Positions 22,520 through 32,000 of a stretch of 32,000 bases of DNA are shown in pieces. The stretch comes from Erysipelotrichaceae bacterium MTC7. GTDB lineage: Bacteria > Bacillota_I > Bacilli_A > Erysipelotrichales > Erysipelotrichaceae. The position numbers were made by a program, and so were the translations under genes. Each line of letters opens with the position of its first letter. Position 1 is the first letter of the stretch. The stretch lies in assembly GCA_001695645.1 (NCBI GenBank), contig LVZN01000008.1, positions 17,499-49,498 of the forward strand, read 5' to 3'. The notes under the pieces were generated by a model that saw only the letters and a list, made by a program, of their open reading frames with translations, did no database searches and was not told where the DNA came from.

Positions 22520-23836
22520 ATGAATCAGACTTTTTTAGAACGCATGAAAACATACTTAGGTGATGAGTATGAGGCGTATCTAGCTTCACTTGAAAAGCCT
22601 TTTTATAAAGGTATCCGAAAGAACACGCTTAAAGACAGTAAAGATTTGCTAGAACACACCTTTGCCTTACAATCATCTCCGTTTTGCCAAGACGGTTATT
22701 ATATAAAGGAAGACATTAGTGGGAATCATCCTTTCCACAAAATGGGTCTCTTCTATATGCAAGAACCATCTGCGATGTCAGTAGTGGAAGTTGCAAATGT
22801 TCAAGCCAATGATTGGGTATTGGATATGTGTGCAGCTCCTGGTGGAAAAAGTACACAAATTGCTGCGAAGTTACAGCATACTGGGTTTTTAGTCGTAAAT
22901 GAATACGTTGGCAAACGCGCAACCATTCTTATGTCCAATTTGGAACGTATGGGGGTTAGCGAAGCCATGATTACCAACAGTCCAACAAAAAACCTTGCTA
23001 AGGAAATGATGGGTTGGTTTGATAAAGTCATTGTAGATGCACCTTGTAGTGGTGAAGGAATGATGAAAAAACATGATATTGCTTCACAGGAGTGGAGTGA
23101 AGCAAATGTGCATGCTTGTGCCAAACGACAACTTGAAATTCTTGATGATGCTTATCAATGTCTAAAGCAAGATGGCATTCTTGTATATTCGACTTGTACC
23201 TATGCAAAAGAAGAAAATGAAATGGTGATTGATGCATTTCTACAAGCGTATCCAGATATGGAATTGCAAGAAATTCAACAAACGTTTGGACGACCAGGAT
23301 ATTCCCTGGGAAATGTTAAAGGAAATTATGTGCGACGTATCTATCCGATGGATCAAGGCGAAGGACACTTTATTGCCAAACTCAAAAAAAAGGGAAGTCA
23401 AGAAGTAGCTCCCATCAAATTGGAAAAAGAAGTCGCTTTACCAAAAGAGGTGCAAACGTTTTTATTTGAACAAGTTGGTCCACAAGCGTTTCATTGTTAT
23501 GTAAAAAATAACCATGTATATGTAAAAAACAGTCCATTCGTTGTGTTGGATAAGGTTCATATTGTCCGACAAGGAATGGAAATTGGGGAACTGATCAAGC
23601 AACGTTTTGAACCCCATCATCACTTGTATATGAGTGCGCTTCTACAACCAAAGTTCAAACATAAAGTGGAACTAGATGAGACGGAATTACATACGTACAT
23701 CGCAGGTGATGTACTTAACAAACAAGTGGAAAAAGGGTATGTTGCACTCTGTTACCAAGGGTTTATCATTGGTTTTGGTAAAAGTGATGGAAAGCAAATA
23801 AAGAACAAATATCCAAAGGGATTACGTGTTCGTTAA
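22520..23836 (+). CDS. NOL1/NOP2/Sun-family rRNA cytosine-C5 methyltransferase (RsmF-like)
   Basis: SAM and catalytic motifs DMCAAPGGKS, DAPCSGEG, YSTCT. The N-terminus MNQTFLERMKTYLGDEYEAYL looks complete. There is no SD before the ATG. Confidence 0.8.
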   Translation: MNQTFLERMKTYLGDEYEAYLASLEKPFYKGIRKNTLKDSKDLLEHTFALQSSPFCQDGYYIKEDISGNHPFHKMGLFYMQEPSAMSVVEVANVQANDWVLDMCAAPGGKSTQIAAKLQHTGFLVVNEYVGKRATILMSNLERMGVSEAMITNSPTKNLAKEMMGWFDKVIVDAPCSGEGMMKKHDIASQEWSEANVHACAKRQLEILDDAYQCLKQDGILVYSTCTYAKEENEMVIDAFLQAYPDMELQEIQQTFGRPGYSLGNVKGNYVRRIYPMDQGEGHFIAKLKKKGSQEVAPIKLEKEVALPKEVQTFLFEQVGPQAFHCYVKNNHVYVKNSPFVVLDKVHIVRQGMEIGELIKQRFEPHHHLYMSALLQPKFKHKVELDETELHTYIAGDVLNKQVEKGYVALCYQGFIIGFGKSDGKQIKNKYPKGLRVR

Positions 23837-23937
23837 GTGGATTTTATAGTTTGAAAAATCCGAAAAAATTTACGTATAGTTATATCGTAATTGGTACATT
23901 TGTATTATAATACCCATGTACGCTTGAGAAAGGATAA

Positions 23938-25274
<1,337 letters not shown>

Positions 25275-25277
<3 letters not shown>

Positions 25278-25303
25278 TATTTTGGATGCCTTCTCGTTAT
25301 AAT
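25275..25303 (+). promoter_or_regulatory. Promoter of mscL
   Basis: -35 TTGTAT at 25275-25280, 17-nt spacer, -10 TATAAT at 25298-25303. SD AGGAGA at 25324-25329. Confidence 0.55.
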
Positions 25304-25336
25304 ATAGATTGTAATATATAGATAGGAGAAGTTATT

Positions 25337-25735
25337 ATGAAAAATTTCATGCAAGATTTTAAGGCGTTTGCAATGCGCGGAAATATGATTGATATGGCTG
25401 TTGGGGTTGTTATTGGGGGTGCTTTTGGGACCATCATCAATTCCATTGTGAATGACTTGATTATGCCATTTGTTGCCTTGCTTACAGATTCGAGTGAAAT
25501 GGCAAAAGCTGCAATTCAAATTGGTGAGCGTGGTGGTGAACCAGTATTGTTAAAATATGGTGCGTTCTTACAAAGTGTGATCAACTTTCTAATCATCGCT
25601 TTCTGTATTTTTGTGGTCGTGCGTATTCTTGGGCGTTTCCAAAAGAAAAAAGATGTCGCAGTTACCAAATCGGATGAAGTTACACTACTTGAAGAAATTC
25701 GTGATGAATTGAAAAAAACAAACAAAAGTGTCTAA
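25337..25735 (+). CDS. mscL: Large-conductance mechanosensitive channel
   Basis: FKAFAMRGNMIDMAVGVVIGGAFGTIINSIVNDLIMP is the canonical MscL N-terminus and TM1. Confidence 0.9.
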   Translation: MKNFMQDFKAFAMRGNMIDMAVGVVIGGAFGTIINSIVNDLIMPFVALLTDSSEMAKAAIQIGERGGEPVLLKYGAFLQSVINFLIIAFCIFVVVRILGRFQKKKDVAVTKSDEVTLLEEIRDELKKTNKSV

Positions 25736-25740
25736 CGTAA

Positions 25741-25771
25741 AATAATGGTGAACCTCCACCGTTATTTTTTT
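25741..25771 (+). terminator. Rho-independent terminator of mscL
   Basis: Stem AATAATGGTG / CACCGTTATT (one G-U pair) followed by T7. Confidence 0.75.
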
Positions 25772-26032
25772 AGTTTGAAAACGAGCATAAACTATCCTAT
25801 ATATATAAGGGTTACTATATGAAAATGTTCAAAAAGGTAAAAAATCACGAAAAATGAGGAAAAATGCTAGTATTTTCTAAATACTTTATAGAATATAACT
25901 AATAATTTTTTAGTAAAGATGCAAATAACCCTTTATTCATGGACTTTGATGCAATTTTGTGAAACTTTGGGATAGCGTAAAATCGCTTGTTTCGTATGTT
26001 ATTATTACAAAGACGAAAACGAGAGGTACTCT

Positions 26033-27379
26033 ATGGAATTACAGAAAACGCTTAGTCAAATAAAAGAACTTGAATATAAAGGTTTAAAGAAACTAATCCA
26101 AGGGATTACATATGTAAAAGAACAAGGTGTTCCAACATTCAAAGCATTCGTGCAACGAGTGGCACACACTTTACACAATATGGGTGGAGCAGAATTTGCT
26201 AAAGTTAAGACATTATGTCAAGAACACATCCACTTCAACTTCAAACACTTCGTGGGAACAACAGCGACAGCTGCTGTCGTGTTTGCTTTAACATTTACAG
26301 TGACTGGATTCAGTCGTGTAAAAGTTGATACAACTGTACTTGCTAAATCAAGTGCAACAACTGCTTACAATAAAGAAGCGGTAACAGTTAATTATGGTGA
26401 TGACTCAGCCATCTTAGATATGGTTAAGGATATTGTTGCTGAAGATAACGAAACAGTATATGGAGTAAAACCTATTTCAGTAGAAGATACAAAATCGACA
26501 TACGAAATTGGAAATTATATTGTAAATATCAATAAGCCACAAGCTAGAGAGTTAACTGCAACTCAAATTGAAGTTAAAGTTGAACCAAAAGATATTTATA
26601 CAACGAACTTAAAAGGTATTGAAGTTGTTTCATCAAAAGATGAAGATGTAAAAAACACGAACGTAGCTCGTACATTTACATTCGATGTTGACATGGTGGA
26701 TACACAAGCACCTACAATTGCACTTTCAAATACACATGTTGATATCTTAGATACAGCAGATTTTGATCCAAAAGCTTATGTTGCAAGAGTGTATGACAAC
26801 TACGATCAAACAGTTAACTATACAGTAACTGGTGATATTGAAACAACAGATGAAGGATTATACATTGATGGTGATTACACATTCACTTTCACAGCAACTG
26901 ATGCACACGGAAACAAATCTGAAGCACAACTTGTTGCTACAGTAACAGAAGATGAAGAAGCTGCGGAAGCTCGTTTAGAAGCTGAACGTCAAGAAGCAAT
27001 CGCCAATGGTGATTATGCACGTGCTTCAAGTATTCCACAAACGGCTCCTTCATATGCTGGAGGAAGCGCAATTGCAGCAGCGGCATTAGCACAACTTGGA
27101 GTTTACCAAGATTGTACAGCATTAGCTACAAACGCACTTGCAGCAGTTGGTATTTATTTCCACGGTTGGCCAGCTGAATACATGAGTTTAGGAACAATTG
27201 TATCGGCTAGTGAAGCACAACCAGGTGACTTAATTTACTATGCTGATGGTGGTGTAGGTATGGCACATATCGCTGTATACATCGGAAACGGACAAGCGGT
27301 TCACGGTGGATACAAAGGAAGTACAGTTATTGCAAGTGCATACATGGGTTCAGGTCCAGTATTCATTCGCGTAAGATAA
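26033..27379 (+). CDS. Membrane-anchored cell-wall hydrolase: N-terminal cytoplasmic segment, one TM helix, Ig-like (DUF5011-like) domain, C-terminal NlpC/P60-type peptidase
   Basis: TM helix TTATAAVVFALTFTVTGF. Ig-like segment DTQAPTI...FDPKAYV...TVTG...YTFTFTATDAHGNKS. EA-rich linker. The C-terminus has a candidate catalytic Cys (YQDCTALATNAL) and His (MAHIAVYIGNGQAVHGG). Confidence 0.75.
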   Translation: MELQKTLSQIKELEYKGLKKLIQGITYVKEQGVPTFKAFVQRVAHTLHNMGGAEFAKVKTLCQEHIHFNFKHFVGTTATAAVVFALTFTVTGFSRVKVDTTVLAKSSATTAYNKEAVTVNYGDDSAILDMVKDIVAEDNETVYGVKPISVEDTKSTYEIGNYIVNINKPQARELTATQIEVKVEPKDIYTTNLKGIEVVSSKDEDVKNTNVARTFTFDVDMVDTQAPTIALSNTHVDILDTADFDPKAYVARVYDNYDQTVNYTVTGDIETTDEGLYIDGDYTFTFTATDAHGNKSEAQLVATVTEDEEAAEARLEAERQEAIANGDYARASSIPQTAPSYAGGSAIAAAALAQLGVYQDCTALATNALAAVGIYFHGWPAEYMSLGTIVSASEAQPGDLIYYADGGVGMAHIAVYIGNGQAVHGGYKGSTVIASAYMGSGPVFIRVR

Positions 27380-27388
27380 ACAAAAAAG

Positions 27389-27418
27389 CAACAAATCTTC
27401 GGATTTGTTGTTTTTTTC
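27389..27418 (+). terminator. Rho-independent terminator
   Basis: Stem CAACAAATC / GATTTGTTG, loop TTCG, then T7. Confidence 0.85.
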
Positions 27419-27484
27419 TTATTGCTTCCCTATTTTTATAAAATGAATTATAATGGTAGGGCTACTAAGGAGTTGAATGTATAA

Positions 27485-28756
27485 ATGAAAGAAATAATTC
27501 GTATTGAAGGTGGCCACGATTTAACGGGTCACGTAAAGATATCTGGATCGAAAAATGCAACGGTTGCTTTGATTCCTGCTGCTATCTTGGCAAATGAACC
27601 GGTTACAATCGTTGGTGTACCGAATATAAGTGATGTTCACTCACTAAAAATCTTGCTTGAAGAACTTGGTGTGAGTGTTGTAATCAAAGGGGAAAATGGA
27701 AATCATTTGATTATTGACCCTTCAAAAATGGAAAATAAACCTATGACTAGTGATACGGTAACGAAATTGCGTGCATCCTATTACTTTATGGGTGTGTTAC
27801 TAGCAAAATACAAACGCGTCGAAATCAAAATGCCAGGTGGATGTTACTTAGGTCCACGTCCTATTGATTTACACCTAATGGGGTTTGAAGCACTTGGGGC
27901 GAAAGTTACATATGAAGGTGGAAGTTACATCATAGAAGCTGAAGAATTAATCGGTGATAAGATTTTCTTAGATGTTTCAAGTGTTGGGGCAACCATTAAC
28001 ATAATGTGTGCTGCAGTGTTTGCCAAAGGAAAAACAACCATTGAAAATGCTGCAAAAGAACCTGAAATCATTGATATTGCAACCTTATTGAACAAGATGG
28101 GAGCTGAGATTCGTGGTATGGGAACAAACGTTATTACCATCACGGGTGTCGAAAGTCTTCATGGGTGTTTTCATGAAATCATTCCAGACCGCATTGAAGC
28201 TGCAACATATTTAACGCTTGCTGCAACTGCAGGAAATGATATCTTGATTGAAAATGTCATTCCACAGCACTTGGAAGGTTTAATTTCAAAGTTGGAAGAC
28301 ATTGGTGTTAACTTGCAAGTGGATGTTGATTCCATTTTAGTCAAAGGTCGCAAAGAGACTTTAAAACCAGTCGATATTAAAACTGCGCCATACCCAGGGT
28401 TTGCAACAGACATGCAACAACCGCTCACGACGCTGTTAACGCAATGTGAGGGGCAAAGTGTGGTAACCGAGACCATTTACACAGAACGTTTCAAACACTG
28501 TCATGAGTTAAACAAAATGGGGGCTGACATTGATGTAAGAACACCAAGTTCATTTATCAATGGACCGACCAAACTCTCAGGAACAAGTGTAACGGCAACG
28601 GATTTGCGTTGTGGAGCAAGTTTGATTATTGCTGGATTAATTGCTACAGGCACAACCGAAATTGATGAGATCTATCACATTGAACGTGGTTATGAAAACA
28701 TCGTTGGTAAGTTACAAAGCCTTGGCGCAAAGATTGAAAAAGTAACGATTGAATAG
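27485..28756 (+). CDS. murA: UDP-N-acetylglucosamine 1-carboxyvinyltransferase
   Basis: KISGSKNA and the active-site loop [15 protein letters not shown]. 423 aa. Its position upstream of rpmE-prfA-prmC resembles the murAB context in Bacillus. Confidence 0.9.
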   Translation: MKEIIRIEGGHDLTGHVKISGSKNATVALIPAAILANEPVTIVGVPNISDVHSLKILLEELGVSVVIKGENGNHLIIDPSKMENKPMTSDTVTKLRASYYFMGVLLAKYKRVEIKMPGGCYLGPRPIDLHLMGFEALGAKVTYEGGSYIIEAEELIGDKIFLDVSSVGATINIMCAAVFAKGKTTIENAAKEPEIIDIATLLNKMGAEIRGMGTNVITITGVESLHGCFHEIIPDRIEAATYLTLAATAGNDILIENVIPQHLEGLISKLEDIGVNLQVDVDSILVKGRKETLKPVDIKTAPYPGFATDMQQPLTTLLTQCEGQSVVTETIYTERFKHCHELNKMGADIDVRTPSSFINGPTKLSGTSVTATDLRCGASLIIAGLIATGTTEIDEIYHIERGYENIVGKLQSLGAKIEKVTIE

Positions 28757-28779
28757 TCGAAATTTATATTGCAATCTTG
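28642..28779. repeat. Direct repeat copy 1 (138 bp): last 115 nt of murA plus 23 nt downstream
   Basis: Base-by-base comparison with 29066-29203 gives 137/138 identity. The only difference is A28733 versus G29157. Confidence 0.95.
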
Positions 28780-28805
28780 TAAAAATAAGGAGAGAGAATA
28801 TTTCT

Positions 28806-28994
28806 ATGAGCGATAAATATATTAAAATCTTATTTGGGGTGCTTATCATGATTGTCCCATACCTTTTAACTGGTACAGGAGGAATCAACACTTTTCTAGG
28901 TTCTGGATATGTTATTAACTTATTGTTGCGTTGGGCATCATTAGTTATTGGATTACTGATTGTAATGCACGCATTCATAAAGCATGAAGATTAG
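28806..28994 (+). CDS. Hypothetical 62-aa two-TM membrane peptide inside the repeat-bracketed insert
   Basis: MSDKYIKILFGVLIMIVPYLLTGTGGINTFLGSGYVINLLLRWASLVIGLLIVMHAFIKHED has two hydrophobic helices. A purine-rich AAGGAGAGAG tract (28787-28796) lies 9-13 nt upstream of the ATG. No family recognised. Confidence 0.45.
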   Translation: MSDKYIKILFGVLIMIVPYLLTGTGGINTFLGSGYVINLLLRWASLVIGLLIVMHAFIKHED

Positions 28995-29051
28995 TTTTTT
29001 TAGACCATAAAGCAATGAACTGTGTAATTCACTAGCTAATTAACCTGTTAA

Positions 29052-29192
<141 letters not shown>

Positions 29193-29203
<11 letters not shown>

Positions 29204-29220
29204 CAAATATGTGGTAATAT
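29193..29220 (+). promoter_or_regulatory. Putative rpmE promoter straddling the repeat boundary
   Basis: -35 TTGCAA at 29193-29198 (inside repeat copy 2), 16-nt spacer, extended -10 TGgTAATAT at 29212-29220 (outside the repeat). Confidence 0.5.
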
Positions 29221-29234
29221 AATATAGCAACTTA

Positions 29235-29259
29235 CTTTAAGTTCGCAAAGAACTTAAGG
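29235..29259 (+). promoter_or_regulatory. Stable 5'-UTR hairpin upstream of rpmE (candidate L31 leader or stabiliser)
   Basis: 10-bp stem CTTTAAGTTC / GAACTTAAGG (one G-U pair) with loop GCAAA, ending 3 nt before the SD AAGGAGA at 29263-29269. Confidence 0.4.
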
Positions 29260-29275
29260 CGGAAGGAGAGAAGAT

Positions 29276-29479
29276 ATGAAAAAAGGAATTCACCCAGAAT
29301 ACCATAAAATCACTGTTAAATGTTCAACATGTGGAACGGAATACGCTGTGGGATCAACTGCTAAAGAATTAAAAGTTGATACTTGTTCACACTGTCACCC
29401 ATTCTACACAGGAAGACAACGTTTCGCTGCTGCGCAAGGACGTATCGAGAAATTTAACAAGAAATACGGAGTTAAATAG
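29276..29479 (+). CDS. rpmE: 50S ribosomal protein L31, zinc-binding (C+) form
   Basis: MKKGIHPEY with CSTCGTEY...[10 protein letters not shown], giving four Cys ligands. Confidence 0.95.
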   Translation: MKKGIHPEYHKITVKCSTCGTEYAVGSTAKELKVDTCSHCHPFYTGRQRFAAAQGRIEKFNKKYGVK

Positions 29480-29480
29480 A

Positions 29481-29507
29481 AAAGCAAAGGAAACTTTGCT
29501 TTTTTTC
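29481..29507 (+). terminator. Rho-independent terminator of rpmE
   Basis: Stem AAAGCAAAG / CTTTGCTTT, loop GAAA, then T-run. Confidence 0.85.
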
Positions 29508-29558
29508 TAGTCTAGAAAGCAATATGCTATAATAAGTAATGATATAGGAGATATAAAT

Positions 29559-30632
29559 ATGAGTGCAATGACAGAACGTTTAGATGGAATGATCGATCGC
29601 TACAATGAACTTAGCGAATTGATGATGAGTCCAGAAGTGCTTGCAGATAATCGTCGTATGGCAAAACTTGGAAAAGAACAAGCTGCGATGACACAAGCAG
29701 TAGAAACTTACCAAGAATATAAAAAGGTCGTACAAGGAATTGAAGATGCAAATGCATTGATGGAAGAACACGACCCTGAAGTAAAAGAAATGGTAAAAAT
29801 GGAGTTGGAAGAACTAACGCCACGCAAGCAAGAATTGTTGGATCGTTTGGAAATTTTATTGATTCCTAAAGATCCTGCAGACCAAAACAACGCCATTATG
29901 GAAATTCGTGGAGCTGCTGGTGGAGATGAAGGAAATATCTTTGCTGGTGACTTGTTCAGAATGTATTCCAAATATGCAGAAAGCAAAGGATGGAAAATTG
30001 AAGTCTTAGAAGCGCAAGAAAGTGAAGCTGGTGGATTTACACGTATCGCTTTCATGATGAAAGGACAAGAAGTGTACGGACATATGAAATTTGAAAGTGG
30101 AAGTCACCGTGTACAACGTGTACCAAAGACGGAAACACAAGGTCGTGTGCATACCTCAACAGCAACGGTACTGGTTGACCCAGAAATTGAAGCTGATGAA
30201 ATTGATATTGATCCTAACGATTTGGAAATCGATACTATGCGTGCAAGTGGAGCTGGAGGACAACACGTCAACAAAACCGATTCGGCTGTACGGGTAACAC
30301 ACATCCCAACCGGAATTACTGTAAAGTGTCAAGATGGACGTAGCCAACATGCAAACCGTGAGACTGCCTTAACGCAAATTCGTTCCAAAGTATATAGTGA
30401 AATGAAACGTCGTGAAGAAGAAGAACGTCACGCGGAAAGAAAAAGTAAATTAGGTACGGGAGACCGTAGTGAAAAAATCCGTACATACAACTATCCACAA
30501 AATCGTGTAACAGACCACCGAATTGGCTTAACGTTGCAACAATTGGATCGTATTATGGAAGGTAAACTTGACGATATTATTGTGGCTTTACTTGAACAAG
30601 ATCAACAGGATAAACTTGCTGGTAACGCATAA
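29559..30632 (+). CDS. prfA: Peptide chain release factor 1
   Basis: GGQ motif (SGAGGQHVNKT) and an RF1-type P-x-T tripeptide (PKT). TGcTATAAT at 29525-29533. Confidence 0.95.
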   Translation: MSAMTERLDGMIDRYNELSELMMSPEVLADNRRMAKLGKEQAAMTQAVETYQEYKKVVQGIEDANALMEEHDPEVKEMVKMELEELTPRKQELLDRLEILLIPKDPADQNNAIMEIRGAAGGDEGNIFAGDLFRMYSKYAESKGWKIEVLEAQESEAGGFTRIAFMMKGQEVYGHMKFESGSHRVQRVPKTETQGRVHTSTATVLVDPEIEADEIDIDPNDLEIDTMRASGAGGQHVNKTDSAVRVTHIPTGITVKCQDGRSQHANRETALTQIRSKVYSEMKRREEEERHAERKSKLGTGDRSEKIRTYNYPQNRVTDHRIGLTLQQLDRIMEGKLDDIIVALLEQDQQDKLAGNA

Positions 30633-31480
30633 TGTTATATAGAGAAGCCTTACGTCGCGCGCAAGCCCTTTGTGTGGAAGCAGGGGTTGGGGAACAAGCC
30701 CCATTATTTTTACTGCTGGAGCTCGCGAATTTAGAATCACACAATTTGTATGCAGAATTTGATGAAGAAATGGATGATGAACTAGTCGCTGCCTATTACG
30801 AGAAAGTGGACCGATTGCTTGCACATGAACCGCTTGACCACATCTTAGGGTATTCCTATTTCTATGGCTTTAAATTTTTGGTCAATGAAGATGTGCTAAT
30901 TCCACGTCCTGAAACCGAAGAACTTGTTGCCAATGTTTTAGCTACATATGATGAGTACTTTGAAGGGCAAGATGTGGATGCCATTGATGTAGGTTGTGGA
31001 AGTGGTGCAATTGCCATCGCACTAGCGTTAGAAGAAAAGCACTTGCATATGCAAGCAAGTGACATTAGTGAACACGCAATTAAGGTGGCAAAGGAAAATG
31101 CTGCAAACTTAGAAGCAAATGTTACATTCTTAGTGGGTGATATGTTGCATCCTTTTATCGAAAACAATCATAAAGTCGATATTTTGATTAGCAATCCACC
31201 ATATATCCCAAAAGATGAAAAGATGGAAGACAGTGTTGTCGATTACGAACCACACATTGCTTTATTTGGTGGAAGTGATGGACTGTTCTTCTACAATGAA
31301 ATATTTAAACATGCACATAAAGTGTTAAAAGATAAAAGCTTTTTAGCATTTGAAATAGGTTATAACCAAAAAGATGAATTATTGGAATTGGCAAACAACT
31401 ATTTCCCAAATGATAAAAAAGAAGTGTTGAAAGACTTGAACGGTAAAGATCGGATGTTGTTTATTTACCATAATCTATAA
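30632..31480 (+). CDS. prmC: Release-factor glutamine N5-methyltransferase
   Basis: DVGCGSGAI SAM motif and NPPY (ISNPPYIP). Its ATG overlaps the prfA TAA by 1 nt. Confidence 0.9.
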   Translation: MLYREALRRAQALCVEAGVGEQAPLFLLLELANLESHNLYAEFDEEMDDELVAAYYEKVDRLLAHEPLDHILGYSYFYGFKFLVNEDVLIPRPETEELVANVLATYDEYFEGQDVDAIDVGCGSGAIAIALALEEKHLHMQASDISEHAIKVAKENAANLEANVTFLVGDMLHPFIENNHKVDILISNPPYIPKDEKMEDSVVDYEPHIALFGGSDGLFFYNEIFKHAHKVLKDKSFLAFEIGYNQKDELLELANNYFPNDKKEVLKDLNGKDRMLFIYHNL

Positions 31481-31490
31481 GGAGCAGCAT

Positions 31491-31919
31491 ATGAAAAAAC
31501 TAATGGTAATTATGGCCTTATGTATGATGATGGTGGGCTGTAATAGTGATGATCATGAGATGGTTTGTACCTACAAAAAAGATAAAGACAAAGGAACCAT
31601 CACCGTGCGTTACAGTGGTGATAAAATCAAACAACTTCAATTTGATGCGACACAATACATTGATTCTGATTTGTTGGATGAAGTTGGTGAAAAAGACTTT
31701 GAAGCCTATTGGCGTAAAAATGTTGAAGCCTACAACAAAGAAGGTGTTAGTGTGGATAGTGCTTATGATAAAGAAACACGCATGGCAAGTATGCAAATCG
31801 ATGTAAGTCTGGATCAACTAAAAGATCGTAACTATAGTGATTTTTACTTAAACGATAATCTTTCGTTAAAAAGTTTTAAAAAACGTGTCGAAGATCAATT
31901 GAACTACACTTGTAAATAA
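31491..31919 (+). CDS. Small lipoprotein, possibly DUF1307/YehR-like
   Basis: Signal peptide with lipobox MMVGC (MKKLMVIMALCMMMVGCNS). SD AAGGAG upstream. Family call is from memory only. Confidence 0.7.
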   Translation: MKKLMVIMALCMMMVGCNSDDHEMVCTYKKDKDKGTITVRYSGDKIKQLQFDATQYIDSDLLDEVGEKDFEAYWRKNVEAYNKEGVSVDSAYDKETRMASMQIDVSLDQLKDRNYSDFYLNDNLSLKSFKKRVEDQLNYTCK

Positions 31920-31928
31920 TAAAGGTAA

Positions 31929-31978
31929 TATAAAATAACGTGTGGTTCGAAAATATTGAACTATAAAATATCGTGTGG
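31929..31978. repeat. Two 17-bp direct repeats TATAAAATA[A/T]CGTGTGG spaced 33 bp start to start
   Basis: 31929-31945 and 31962-31978 are 16/17 identical. They lie in the intergenic DNA after the lipoprotein gene, at the window edge. Confidence 0.5.
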
Positions 31979-32000
31979 CTACACAATCAAAAAAGATGAG

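Overview
Low-GC Bacillota-type chromosomal window. About 30 credible genes, all on the + strand, and most are conserved housekeeping blocks. In order: a PTS lactose/cellobiose-family sugar operon (EIIC truncated by the left edge, EIIA, two GH1 phospho-beta-glucosidases); a YczE-like membrane protein; an envelope block (O-antigen-ligase-like protein, DUF1146-like peptide, AI-2E permease, MreB/Mbl, WecA/TagO-type GT4 transferase); tilS-hpt-ftsH; a ROK kinase; hslO-dusB; a T-box-controlled lysS; a three-gene accessory islet (DUF3788-like, tandem-MerR regulator, M28 peptidase); an rsmF-like methyltransferase; purA; mscL; a membrane-anchored NlpC/P60 hydrolase; murA; rpmE-prfA-prmC; and a lipoprotein. 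I found no rRNA or tRNA gene, CRISPR array, transposase, integrase, or recognisable multi-gene defence or otherwise novel system, and I do not claim one. Structure the gene list does not explain: (1) a 137/138-identical 138-bp direct repeat duplicating the 3' end of murA and bracketing 286 bp of unique DNA with a 62-aa two-TM ORF; (2) the second GH1 enzyme has Gln instead of the catalytic acid/base Glu (NQ instead of NE), as plant myrosinases do; (3) a ~750-bp ORF-free stretch with coding-like GC between dusB and the lysS T-box; (4) a regulator with two MerR HTH modules in one chain; (5) several genes with an extended -10 box placed so close to an SD-less ATG that the mRNAs are probably leaderless. 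All function calls come from motif recognition by eye. No database search was run.
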